56,339 bases of DNA from Chara braunii (GCA_003427395.1 BFEA01000001.1:2908416-2964754); one strand, 5' to 3'. Shown: positions 38,648 through 51,094, counted from the first letter of the stretch. The notes: a model not told the origin generated them from the letters alone. Numbers and translations: made by a program.

Positions 38648-39063
38648 GGTAAGTCTTCAACCTCACGATTGGCGTCATGGTACTTCCATCGATAGGATGA
38701 GCCTAATCGAATGAATCTACTGCTGAAATATNNNNNNNNNNNNNNNNNNNNNNNNNNNNNNNNNNNNNNNNNNNNNNNNNNNNNNNNNNNNNNNNNNNNN
38801 NNNNNNNNNNNNNNNNNNNNNNNNNNNNNNNNNNNNNNNNNNNNNNNNNNNNNNNNNNNNNNNNNNNNNNNNNNNNNNNNNNNNNNNNNNNNNNNNNNNN
38901 NNNNNNNAGAAAAAAAATATATATATATTTTTCGTCGAGAGGATGAGCAACACACCGGCCAACAGGTAGGTCTCCAACCCTGAGGATGGGTCCATGAAAC
39001 TTCTATCTATAGGATGAGCAAAATCGAATGAATCTTCCGTTATAACATGAAAATATACACTGC

Positions 39064-39101
<38 letters not shown>

Positions 39102-40219
39102 CGTGCCGCGGGGGTTGACCATAACATAAAGGCAGATAGTAGGTGACAATTGTCAGTCTTTTTTTCTTCCAATGTCTGTATCTACACGAAAAATGTTGGA
39201 GGTTTCAAATAGCGGAAAAAAACAGGGTAATACTCGAAGCTCATGAAACTCGTTGATTAAAATGGCGAGAATGACACCCACAAGGGGACTCGCAGTTGGT
39301 AAAAGCACGCGATTATCCCCGTGCTATGTAGGCGACTATTGCACTAGGGTGGATAACTTTGTGGGTTAATGTTTTTTATTTTTCAGTTTATCTATCCGCA
39401 CTGGAAAACGGGATGATTCTGACAGGTGGAATTATCGTTTCTACACTTTAAGCTCATGATTCCCGTTGCTTAGTGATGAGAAACTTCCATAGATCAAGCG
39501 AATGAGGTTACTAAGTTTTCACAAAGCTTCAACATCCACGACTGATTTCTTCATTCTCTGCACAGAAGGTGGTTTGGTGATGGTCCGAAATATCTTGTTG
39601 TTGAAAGCGGATTTCGAGTTCCGGACTATGATCAACTCGTCTTGCCATTGGATATGAGTCTGTATAACATTGTACGCATACGTATATGTATATAAATGTA
39701 TACATGTCGGTGAAACTCCGACGAAACAATTTGTCACAACTCCTCGTTTGCTGTCCTCTGCTCCATCTCTGCGTACGGTTTACCGGACAACTTTGTTTGA
39801 CGACATATAGTCTCGGAGAAATAAAATATTCCACCTAAAACATACGGTATAATACAATAACTCAATAAAAATAATAATTAAAAATAAAATAAAATTATAC
39901 TGATTAAAAAAAAATCACCGAGTTTGAAAATTGATTGTTGGCATATCTAATAAACATTATCGAGCATCAACGAACATAAATTCGTGCGTACACGAGGTTC
40001 TCGTGCGTAACTACCCTGATAATTAAACTCTCGCGTACGTCCCAACCCGTCTCTCCTACAATTCATGACAACGTCAAATTGAGTGAAAGTACATAAAAAA
40101 ATAAATTTCCACACGATAACATTAAATTACGTGAAAGTGTATCGAAAATAAGTTTCCACACGGTTAAGAATTAAATGTTGGAATTGAAAAATAAAAGAAC
40201 ATACAAAAAAAAGATAGTA

Positions 40220-40770
40220 TAAGGTGGAATTGAGAAAAAAAACTAGCTTAGTATAAAAAAAAAAAGGTTAAAAAAAGATAAAAAATTAAAGCACCACTAC
40301 ATCCGAGTCTGTTTTTGTCGAACCCGGTTTTCACTGGGCGCCGAGTTTTGCCGAGTCTGGGCCCCGTTCTGTTTCATTTTCTGGTAATGTAAAAAAAAAA
40401 CAAAAAAAAAACCGCGTTGAGTTTGTTCAATATCACATATCCACAAACACGTTCAAATTCGGGCATTGAGGAAATTGAGTGGTGTTGCTGGGATACGGCC
40501 AAGGTGTATCAACTGAGCGTAGTCAGACTTACGAAGTGGATTACAGAGACATGTACTACCAAAATGGACACAACACCCCCAGCCTCCGCTCACCGGCGGG
40601 TACTCACCACTCCTTGACCACTTTTCAATTAGCGGATGGGAGAGATAGGTACTGCCAAAAATTGCCTTGATTGTGAGGGACCTATGTTTGTCGGAGAACC
40701 ATCTGTAAGATAAGTACTTGTTATAGGTAGGTAGCGAAAATGTGGATATGAGCGAACAAAGATTAAAAGT
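40220..40770 (+). repeat. Dispersed repeat, copy 2 (see 26100-26620)
   Basis: Same colinear blocks as copy 1. Confidence 0.8.
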
Positions 40771-42139
40771 ATGAACAAAACATCCTCCATGCAGCGGCCT
40801 AACTCTTTGGCTGAGATAGGTTGTGTATTTACTTTGTAGGATGATGAATGTTGGTTTGCCATTTTTCTTATTTTTATGTTTGCTCATTCATGCACTTGGA
40901 AATGTCGCACTCTACTGAATCGATCATTTTTGTGAATATTGTTGACTTTTCCTTCCGCCTAGCTTGTTAAGGGATCGAATAAGACATAGCATGCGTGCCT
41001 CAAAACTGCACACCCACACACTTCCTATTTCTAGTCAGCCATTTAGTCGGTGTAAAAGAAACACAGCCGCGACTCACGCAGTGTACTCAGATTTTGAATC
41101 GAACTTATTTTTTGTCACTTGCAAAACCCAGGGCGGATACCCTTGTAAGGGTATTAGCACTGACGATGCATTCTAACACACGCGATAGTTATAACCAACC
41201 AAACCAGCCCGTTCCTCACGCCACCGCGTGAGACCATAGGTTACCCTGCCGACCCATAAGGTCGATGGTAACCCGGCTAGCTATCAGATGTCGCAATAAT
41301 GCACGCCCCCACACACTTTCGATTCACCCTCTATGCTTGGGCGTGGGTTGTGCTAAAAAGGGTGCGACACGATTTGCACCTATTGTCGCAATGCACCTCG
41401 CCCGACTTGCACAAACACGAGCGAGTACTCTTGTAAGGATGTCTTCTCCTGACACTGGAGCCTACACCCACGAAACAGAGCACGCAAACCTCCTCTCCCA
41501 CTCCCCATCGTGGCAGCGGGGTTGGTGAGCGAACAGCGCTCCGCACAAAAAGAAAAGGCTTGCAACTTTGGGGCTCTTTTTTTTTTTGTTTTTTTTCGGG
41601 ACTACCGTAGTTCGTTTTGAGGTCCATAGAGTTTTCCGTCGCAGGCACGGAGTGGCACGCACAACATCGAGCGTGGCAGTTGCTCCGTGAAGATTCGAAC
41701 ACTTGATCTGTTTACTAACAGTTGCATGTGTTTATCGTTCAGCCACCCGGGGTGGGTTGTGGAAGACGTTTTTTGGTTCAGCCCGCACCCCGCCCTTGTC
41801 GCGCTCGGCAGGATCTTGCGTCTCGCGCCCGGCTTTCGGTCTCCGACCTCGGTCGTGCTCCGTCACCTCCATCGCATCTGGCTAGCTTAGTGCGCGCTCC
41901 TCTCGCTCAAGGAGCGAGACGCGCGATGATAGGTGCGTTCGCCGCCATTCACTCGCCTTCCGGGTGACGGCGAGCAACCCGAGGACGGGCGTCGGCGTGG
42001 CCGTAACTGGTACCGTGTACATACTGTGAAGCGAGTTGAGGAACAACGAGCGACGGGGATAAAGAGCGACGGAGATAAAGAGCGACGGAGATAAAGAGGG
42101 ACGGAGTGAGGGAAGCAGGAGACACACACATACATCGTG

Positions 42140-42254
42140 ATGGGGAGCCTGGGGAGAGCTCTTTACAATGTTGGGTTCTGGATAAGGGAGACTGGTCAAG
42201 CATTAGACCGATTGGGATGCCGTTTGCAAGGGAACTACGCCTTCAAAGAGCAAT
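42140..42254 (+). CDS. GAMMA-CA: Mitochondrial gamma-carbonic anhydrase (complex I CA-domain subunit), first coding exon
   Basis: MGSLGRALYNVGFWIRETGQALDRLGCRLQGNYAFKEQ closely matches the N-terminus of plant gamma-CA1/3 (MGTLGRAFYSVGFWIRETGQALDRLGCRLQG); phase-1 donor GTGAGT at 42255; CpG-rich upstream region. Confidence 0.93.
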
Positions 42255-42311
42255 GTGAGTGTGCTTGCGTCTACATTTCCCGAACACCGAGAAAAAGGAG
42301 AAGTACGTGTT

Positions 42312-42363
<52 letters not shown>

Positions 42364-42518
42364 NNNNNNNNNNNNNNNNNNNNNNNNNNNNNNNNNNNNN
42401 NNNNNNNNNNNNNNNNNNNNNNNNNNNNNNNNNNNNNNNNNNNNNNNNNNNNNNNNNNNNNNNNNNNNNNNNNNNNNNNNNNNNNNNNNNNNNNNNNNNN
42501 NNNNNNNNNNNNNNNNNN

Positions 42519-42591
<73 letters not shown>

Positions 42592-42900
42592 TGCCAGTCG
42601 ACGAACTCTCCGGCTATGGAGCGTGTTGTGACAGGCTCTGTTCTACGGAGAGTTGGGGCGAATCTGCGCGTCCGGCCTCGACCATTTCTAATCTATAAAA
42701 GTATTACGGTAATGGGAAAATTACGTACGTATGTGCGCTCCATGTTCCGATGGCTACCTAGAAGACCATTCGAGAGTGTAGGACCTAGAGGTGCCCTCCT
42801 TGCGCCTTAGAATGTTTCGTTTTGAATGATCATGTACTTTCCAGCAGGGTCACACTTGTCTTTGCAAGGTCCAACGGTGGTCTGGGTTCCCCTGAAGAAC

Positions 42901-42943
42901 TTCATTTCATTTCATTTCATTTCATTTCATTTCATTTCATTTC
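42901..42943. repeat. (ATTTC)n pentanucleotide microsatellite
   Basis: Directly visible. Confidence 0.95.
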
Positions 42944-44937
42944 TTGAATAAGGGCATCGCTCCACCACTCAGCAAATGTGCAAAATGAAAATGAATCGTC
43001 CGCTAGAACATGGCTATATGTACACCGCCACATTTTTTTGTCTTCGGTGCATTTGGTTAGTGGTTGAGCGAGGCCCTAAGTCACCCGACTCTGTGGATGA
43101 ATCAATCGCTAATCGGCAATCGTTTTCAATTGATTAGTCACTTTATCGTCAATCATGCACTTGACTAGTAATTATAAGTGGATTGATTGACCGACTGCGG
43201 CGGGTCACTTGCTTGCTTTTGTCGGATTTCGCCAGAATGGCCTATGTCGTCCGTAACCAAGTTGTTGTTGTTGTTCTTCTGCTTTGTCTTCTTAGTAGTA
43301 TAACCTGTCATCCACGTGGCTGGCCTTGTACGTAGGAGGTGATGAACAGGTGGGGCTTTCCTTCCTTACTTTTTTTCTTTACTTTTTTTCTTTCCCTTCC
43401 TTGTTTTGCTTTTTTCCGCCTTTGCGCTCCGATTCACAGTGTGACAATATATATATTTTTGTCACTTTGTTTTGATCCGAACCACTACGCATCGCAGTCG
43501 AGGTCAAGCTATGGGCCTCGCCGCACAGCAATTGCCAAATTCCACATTTTAGAATGTTTCTGGACCATATAAGACACGCTAATACAATGAAGAATGGTAG
43601 CGTTTTGGCGAGTGGTTCGGCGAGGGCCCCATGCAGCCAGATTCTTATCGTGGTCGGCTCTGTTGTCGCGCGCGAGAGTCGGACCGCCGGTTTTTTTTTT
43701 TTGGGTTGGTTCTTTTCGAACCGCCGGCTTGTTGCCGTAAGTCACTCTGTGGCTTGCGGAGCGAGCCGACCCTCCGTTCTGCCTGAGCCTGGCTTCATCT
43801 TTGGCGGCCACGTCAATTATGTTTCCTCTTCTTCTTTTTTTTTTTATAATCAAACCGAGCTATATTTTTCTCGAAATTTCACTTTCTACTACCTACTCAC
43901 CACTACCACTCAGCCTATACAGGGGACCCATGCAAGCATATCTACCTCTCACAATCAAATCAAATCAAGTAAAGGGGATGCATGTTGCCCTCCGCCCTAA
44001 TTGACGGTGGTCAGGGAGTAGGGTGGGGCGGCCGGTGGCGGGGTCCGGCTAACTCGAAGACCGATCATTTGGCCAGTAGCTGCGCTTTCCAACTTCCCCG
44101 GCCCCCATCGGGTAATAGCAGTGTCTATGGCCAGCACTCTCTCACACACAACACCCTCCCCNNNNNNNNNNNNNNNNNNNNNNNNNNNNNNNNNNNNNNN
44201 NNNNNNNNNNNNNNNNNNNNNNNNNNNNNNNNNNNNNNNNNNNNNNNNNNNNNNNNNNNNNNNNNNNNNNNNNNNNNNNNNNNNNNNNNNNNNNNNNNNN
44301 NNNNNNNNNNNNNNNNNNNNNNNNNNNNNNNNNNNNNNNNNNNNNNNNNNNNNNNNNNNNNNNNNNNNNNNNNNNNNNNNNNNNNNNNNNNNNNNNNNNN
44401 NNNNNNNNNNNNNNNNNNNNNNNNNNNNNNNNNNNNNNNNNNNNNNNNNNNNNNNNNNNNNNNNNNNNNNNNNNNNNNNNNNNNNNNNNNNNNNNNNNNN
44501 NNNNNNNNNNNNNNNNNNNNNNNNNNNNNNNNNNNNNNNNNNNNNNNNNNNNNNNNNNNNNNNNNNNNNNNNNNNNNNNNNNNNNNNNNNNNNNNNNNNN
44601 NNNNNNNNNNNNNNNNNNNNNNNNNNNNNNNNNNNNNNNNNNGTGGAGTTGTATTTGACGAATACACAACACACCACAAACACTCGCGCAGAAGTGGAGG
44701 GTCTTACACATGGGATTGTAGTCCCTCTTCTTGTTTGTTTTCCACCCCCCACCCCCCCCCCCCCCCCCCCCCTCTCCCTCCGTCAGCCCCCCTTAGTGTC
44801 GAGGGGTTGGAGACGGGCAGTTCACCTACCCCTTGTTTAGCGGAATGGCTTTCTTTGGCGAATATCTGCTTAAGGTCCTCCGAACGTCACATGCATCCGC
44901 TGACAGACACACACACACACAACCACACACACACACA

Positions 44938-44990
<53 letters not shown>

Positions 44991-45064
44991 GTACTTTTCT
45001 CGGAGGTTGTGCTAACTCTGGGCGATGAGGCGAGTCCTTATCCATCAGTCAAATGTATCCTGGG

Positions 45065-45125
45065 CAGACTGTCTGTCCAGGTTCAACCTCCGGACGAGTC
45101 GGTCACAGTCCGACGAAACAGTCTG
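45065..45125 (+). ncRNA. Degenerate type III hammerhead ribozyme-like motif
   Basis: Stem III cagactg/cagtctg with GUC and GAAA; stem II gtcgg-7nt-ccgac; core CGGACGA (one change from CUGANGA); imperfect stem I aggt-tca-acct. Confidence 0.6.
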
Positions 45126-46197
45126 GCACAGGTGGAGTTGTGTATAGCGAACATGACAACGCACACACAAACACGCACACACAAGACAGAAAACCTACAG
45201 TCAGATACGCGTTCAAGGTCGGTGAAAGTCGAATGAAAGTTGTACAAAAGCGCATGACACAATGCGCAGCCACAGCCACATCCACAGCCATGAACACACG
45301 CTCACACACATGCAGACACAGACACAGACACACAGACAAACACAAACACGAACGGGCACGAAAGGTGAAATAGAGAGCGCAGACAACGTTTTCTGTGCAT
45401 TCCGACCTTTGCAACGTTGAGGACAGGCTATGCTGACAGTAAAGAACGATCCTGTTGGCCTCGGAAGTATGGGAAAACGACAACACTGATCTCCTCACGG
45501 TGATGACTCGTGTGATGACGATGACATGACCAATGGTAACGAGATGATCGGGGCGGTGACGATGATAATAATGACTGTGTTGGTTATGGTGTCGTTGACG
45601 ATGGTCACGTGGTGAATGCTTGATGATGATGCTTGAAGGGGATAATGTCGATGATGTTGATGGTGACTGCGACTTCCGGTGCTGATGCTCTCAACATCGA
45701 CACCGACGACGACAACGACGGTAGTCTGGACAAGAACCAATCAATGGGTGCCGTTTCTCCCTCTCTCTCTCTCTCTCCCCCTCTTTCTCTCCCTCTCCCG
45801 CTCTCTCTCTCTCTCCGGAGGATAACAAAGATCGAGATAGTGACGAAGGTGAGAGCAGCGAGAATGGCTTTGCCGACAACGGTAATGACGACGGAGCAAA
45901 GCAGTCGATGATGGTGCCGAGGTTGACGTCGGCAACTTTACGAGAACGTTGATGATGATGATGATGATGATGCAGTCGACGATGTTGATGAGGAGCAATG
46001 ATGGCACTTGCGATGGCGATTGTTGTGATGAAGACGACGGCAATGATGATTGATGGGATCATGGTGATGAAGACGACGGTGGTGGTGGCGGCAAGGAAAG
46101 AAGGAAGGCAAAGCAGTCGCCAACACTTGCTTCTGAACAGGACAAAATTAGGTGGAAACCATATGATACAGCCACGTGTTCCGTTACTCAAAACGCG

Positions 46198-46365
46198 CGG
46201 ACGAAGATGGACGAAGGTAATTAATGAGAGGGATGATGGACGAAGGTAATTAACGGGTCCAAAGATGGACGGAGGTAATTAATGGGGACGACGATGGACG
46301 AAGGTAGTCAAAGGTAATTAATGGGGACGAAGATGGACGAAGGCAATTAACGGGGACGAAGATGG
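46198..46365. repeat. ~30-bp degenerate tandem repeat
   Basis: gacgaagatggacgaaggtaattaa units. Confidence 0.8.
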
Positions 46366-46541
46366 TGCTAGTGTCGTAGTGATACTGGGGGTGATGTAGG
46401 TGTGGATGGATGCGGGGTTGATAGGAGAAGAGGGGAGAGGGAAACGGATTGCGTGCTGTTCTCACGAGCAGGTGATGGTTTTCTTTTGGCAGTTATGGGT
46501 TAGCAAGGATTGAGGCTGTCTGTACGTCTTGACGAGTAGTG

Positions 46542-47100
46542 ATGGAGTAACTGAATGCCACGTGGCTATTGAATGACTTGACGCCATTCAATTGCATTGC
46601 CACGTGGACGGCTTTGTGCTGCCGAATGTGCATGCCACAAGGCGATAGAAATTGAATGACTTCATGGCGATGTTGAATGCCACGTGGACGGCGTTGTGCT
46701 GCCGAATTTGCATGCCGCGTGGCAATGGAGTAACTGAGTGCCACGTGGCTATTGAATGACTTGACGCCATTCAATTGCATCGCCACGTGGACGGCTTTGT
46801 GCTGCCGAATGTGCATGCCACAAGGCGATAGAAATTGAAAGACTTCATGGCGATGTTGAATGCCACGTGGACGGCGTTGTGCTGCCGAATTTGCATGCCG
46901 CGTGGCAATGCAATCGAATGACTTGACGGCGAGGTTGAATGCCACGTGGACGGCTTTGTGCTGCCGAATTTGCGTGCCACTGGCGATGCAATTGCATGAC
47001 TAGATGGCGATGTGGAATGCGACGTGGACGGCTTTGTGCTGCCGAATTTGCATGCCAAGTGGCGCTGACGTGGCGGGTTGAATCACCACGCGCCACGTGG
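46542..47100. repeat. ~184-bp tandem repeat with internal subunits, rich in GCCACGTGG
   Basis: Units start atggagtaactga at 46542 and 46726, followed by partial units. Confidence 0.9.
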
Positions 47101-47142
47101 CGGAGAAGTCCCCCATGTCAGTGCTCACGGCCCGCTCCTGCC

Positions 47143-47218
47143 CCATTTCTTTTTTTTTTCTCGATTTATGCGCGTCCTTGCGCAGGGGCCATGCTAATCT
47201 TCATCTCTGTGTCGTTCC
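47143..47218 (-). pseudogene. U6: Partial U6 snRNA pseudogene
   Basis: Reverse strand GGAACGACACAGAGATGAAGATTAGCATGGCCCCTGCGCAAGGACGCGCATAAATCGAGAAAA...; 5' stem missing, indels present. Confidence 0.85.
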
Positions 47219-47492
47219 TATATATTGAGGGATTTTCTTTTTAGTTTTGAATGTTTGAAATGTTTAATTTTTTTCCTTCCCCAGTTCTTCATTGTCTTTG
47301 CAGAGAAGCGACCGTGGGTGGGAGTCGAGCGGAAATTCCTGTGAATGTCTGATATTACAGTAATTAGGCAAGGTTTTTCGTCCGGAGGGAAAAATAAATA
47401 AATTCTCGTCCATGTTTGGCGGGAAGGAACTACCAACCTCATGTTGCACATTGCACGCTGTGACGGCCTGGGTCTCGGTTGTGGGCGTGCGG

Positions 47493-47667
47493 CCTGGGGC
47501 GGGGTCCCACTAGGACACAGGATTGTATTAAGCTCCTGAATCTGGACGTGTTTTTAAGCAGAGATACAGAGAAGCAGTTCAATCTCGCTTTTGTGCACCT
47601 TTCCTCAAACACGTCCAGATTCAGGCGTTCAATCCAATCCTCTTTGCTGGTGGGACCTCGCCCCTGG
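47493..47667. repeat. ~175-nt imperfect foldback (long hairpin)
   Basis: cctgaatctggacgtgttt pairs perfectly with aaacacgtccagattcagg; outer arms cctggggcggggtcccactag / ctggtgggacctcgcccctgg. Confidence 0.85.
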
Positions 47668-47837
47668 ATGCGGTCGGAACCTGGGAAAACGAGAAAGTGA
47701 AAAACAAAGAACGCGGATCGGCGGAAGTGCGCAGTCCCGATTGCCCTCGTTTTCACAGGGTGAGCGCACGCTGGCGCGGAAGCCGGCGGAGTCGCGATTG
47801 GAGTCGCGATTGCGACTGCCAGCAGCTGACGTACTCT

Positions 47838-47941
47838 GGGACGCTGGACGCGTTTTCCAGCAGGTGTCGCTCCCCACCAATAGTAGATTGGAGCACCCGG
47901 CCGGACTACTAGGAGGGACTGCTCGTAAAAAAAAAAAAAAA
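47838..47941 (+). mobile_element. SINE-like family R, copy D
   Basis: gggacgctggacgcgttttccagcaggtgtcgctccccaccaatag plus an A-tail. Confidence 0.7.
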
Positions 47942-48402
47942 CGAGTATGGAGCCCTCATGTCCGTTTTCGCATTTGTTCTTATTTATTCGATATGTATAT
48001 GGCATTTGCGTGTCTTTTTTTTCTTTAAGAATTATCTTGTTCTTGCATTCAGCTCTGTTTCCCGATTGGATGGAAATTCCTTGCCTTGTTAAAAAAAAAC
48101 ACAAGAATTTCCTTGTTAAACCTCCCACACTGATTATGGAGGTGCTCTTCCACGTGGCTTATTCAGTTGTGGCGTTCATGCATCTTGCATGGACCTATTT
48201 TTCTCTACCTTCTTCCCCCGAATACAACGTTCGGTCATTATAGCTGTATCTAGACTGAAAGATGCCTCAAATACAGCTATAATGACCGTACGTTGTATTC
48301 GGAGGAAGGCGGCCTCCTTGCACATACCGTTGTGTGACCAGGTAAAAGTTCGTATTTTCTTGCCGCGATTTCGGCTTTGTACGAACCGAAATCGTCAGGC
48401 CC

Positions 48403-48825
48403 GGCCTAGCTCGGTAAGGCACGCAAGTGGCATTTAGGAGGTCTTGGGTTCAATCCCCACTGGTCTCATGTACCTTCCTGGGCAAGCTTGGCGGCTGCCA
48501 CCTAGAGATAGGCCGCTGGTTCCCCTGAGCGGCATTCAGCAGAGACTGCCTATTAACGTAGGGAGAGGGGACAGGAGGGGAGGCACAGCAACTGGCCCCT
48601 CGAAGAAGCTCGGTCCTGGTGCTACCGGCTGACCCCTGGCCGGTATCGCCCACCTGCAGTAGGAGGTATCGCACCTGCTGGTGGGTGCAGCTCCCACATG
48701 TTCCCTCGTTGGAGGCTTGAGCACGGATGTGGCTACAATGACAATAAAAACGGCCTGAAAGGCCATCCTGTCCAGATTCGACAGGTAATTGAATTGGTTG
48801 TGCTTAAAAGAAGGAAAAAAAAAAA
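48403..48825 (+). mobile_element. tRNA-derived SINE with A-tail and 14-bp TSD
   Basis: A-box-like ggcctagctcggtaaggc; B-box gggttcaatccc; TSD aaatcgtcaggccc at 48389-48402 and 48826-48839. Confidence 0.88.
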
Positions 48826-49244
48826 AAATCGTCAGGCCCTACTGGGTTCCTGCCAAAAGCCAAACCATAACAGGGGGAGTTGGAAGGAAGAAGATATAAA
48901 AACGAATTCATTTTTGCCTTGTTTTTTTTCGTTTTCTTTCTTTTCGCTTTTGCGCTCTGATATTCTTGTGACAATAGCTCGTAGGTTACGAATTCCCCCT
49001 CGAAGAGACTTTGAATTCTTGTAGAACCCTCTTTTCGATGGGTAGATTAGAATTTGACATCGTGCGAATCTCCGGTAGATGCGTATCCGGCATCCCGTGA
49101 AGCTTTATCGACAACACTTCCAGTAGGTTCGACAGTAGGTTCGACAGAGGCTCTGTGCACGTAACCAGGAGAGTGAAGAACGAAAATTGGCCAGACCAAA
49201 TCCATAAAAGGGTGGGACCCACTCACTGTTTACTGTGCCTCAAG

Positions 49245-49535
49245 CATCCATCCTCCTGCTCGTGCATCCACCCACGTGCCTTGTGTGTTCATCGACCCGC
49301 CTGCTCGTGCATCCACCCAGTCGTACCCACATGCCTTGTGCATCCACCCATGTGCCTTGTGCATCCGCTCACATGTCTCGTGCATTGCCGCCCCACCTGC
49401 CGCGTGCATCCAACCACCTGCCTGCGTCCGCATCCACCCACGTGTCTTGCACCTTGTGGTGCGTTGTGCTCTAGTCCTACACGACCCACGTCCTCATGCG
49501 TGCACGCACGTGCCTTGTCTATCCAGCCACGTGCC
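49245..49535. repeat. Degenerate gtgcatccaccca tandem array upstream of the transposase
   Basis: Repeated ~20-bp units. Confidence 0.75.
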
Positions 49536-49570
49536 GTGGGGACTTCTTCACGTCCATTTGGGCAAACGCG

Positions 49571-50918
49571 ATGGCTGGTAGAGGCAAGAGAGGCAGGTAC
49601 AACCACATAAATGATGTTCAAAAGCAAAGGATCGTTGAGTCCGTCTTTGTGGAAGGCAAAACAGTTGGAGAGACGGCGGCGCACTTTGGAGTTCCTCGCA
49701 CTACGGTGCACAGTATTGCTGTGTCCTTCGGGACGGATGGCACTGAAACAACCAAGAGGCGAGGGGGGAATGTGTTTCCTGTTCTTGGAGAAAGAGCACA
49801 TTCAGTGGCTACGGCAACAGCTGAATGGCAATCCAGTCTGCACGGTCCATGAGCTTTGCAAAAAACTCAATGTGGAGTTTTTAGTTTCCACGGCCGGTCA
49901 GAGTGTCCGCTGCTCTCGAGCCATTCGTCACCAAGCAGGGTACACCTTGAAGCTGCTTCACAGAGAGCCTACTGAGGATTACGACTGCAAAGACAGAATA
50001 CGGGAGTGGCAAGCATGGGCTCGGGAAGTGAAGGACTTGGGTATATCTATGTTCGTTGTGGTGTAAGTAGATGAGGCGGGATTCAACCTTCATCTTACTC
50101 GGCAATCTCGAAGAGCGAGTCGAAGTTGTTGCAGGGAAGCTACAGTTAGACCAATGCTGAGGGGTAGAAACTTGTCTCTAGTTGTTGCGGTGGGAAGAGA
50201 AGGCTTGATAGCGTACGAGTCGAATTTCATAAAGACAAGGCTCTTGCCTGCCTTGGGTCAACTGAGGGCGATTGTCATGATCAGTGTTCCACTTCATGGG
50301 AGTCGGGATGTGCAGATGGCGATTGAGGAAGCTGGTCACACCTGTCTTTACCTTCCTCCGCACTCTCCTTTCCTGAATGCAGCAGCAGTAGGGGTCTTTG
50401 GGCATGTCAAGACGCGGGTTTGTCGGGAGGAACTAGGGGGGAGCAGGGGAACTTCATTGATGCAATCAACAGGGGTCTTTCAGTGATCACTGCTGACATG
50501 TGCGATGGATGGATAAGAGAGATCTTAGGAAACTTTGGCAGAGCGATCGAGGGGAAGGAAGTTGTTGTTAGAACTGGGAGAGGGGGAGCAGGGCAACTTG
50601 ATTGATGCAATCAGCAGGGGTNNNNNNNNNNNNNNNNNNNNNNNNNNNNNNNNNNNNNNNNNNNNNNNNNNNNNNNNNNNNNNNNNNNNNNNNNNNGATG
50701 GATTAGAGAGCTCTCAGGAAACTTTGGCAGAGCGATCGAGGGGAAGGAAGTTGTTGGTAGAACTGGGAGGGGGGGAGCAGGGGTACTTGATTGATGCAAT
50801 CAATAGCGGTCTTTTGGTGATCACTGCCGATATGTGCGATGGATGGATTAGAGAGGTCTCAGGAAACTTTGGCAGAGCGATCGAGGGAAAGGAAGTTGTT
50901 GGTAGAACATTGGCGTGA
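49571..50918 (+). mobile_element. IS630/Tc1-like DDE transposase pseudogene
   Basis: HTH GKTVGETAAHFGVPRTTVHSI; GYTLK; VDEAGFNLH; RGRNLSLVVAV; LYLPPHSPFLN; second D and E decayed; frameshifts. Confidence 0.85.
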
Positions 50919-51094
50919 GCAGTAGGCTGGTGATTCAGAAGCAACATTTGTGGCTTGCAAGCGAAACTGCTTGACTAATTTGGCATTTTGGCCCGTACGG
51001 AAGGGTAGTATGTGTACAGTCTGAAATCGGTTGGTGGTTGTATGGAATCGGTTTCTTTTGGCAATATGAAGTTGTTAATAAATCGTTAGCCCTT

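Noticed and set aside
43982-45028. Long ORFs spanning N-gaps and microsatellites (also 26604-27086, and 42137-42631 beyond the splice donor)
   Set aside because: Artefacts of Ns and dinucleotide repeats
45500-46090. Met/Asp/His-rich ORFs
   Set aside because: (GAT)n-type low-complexity sequence
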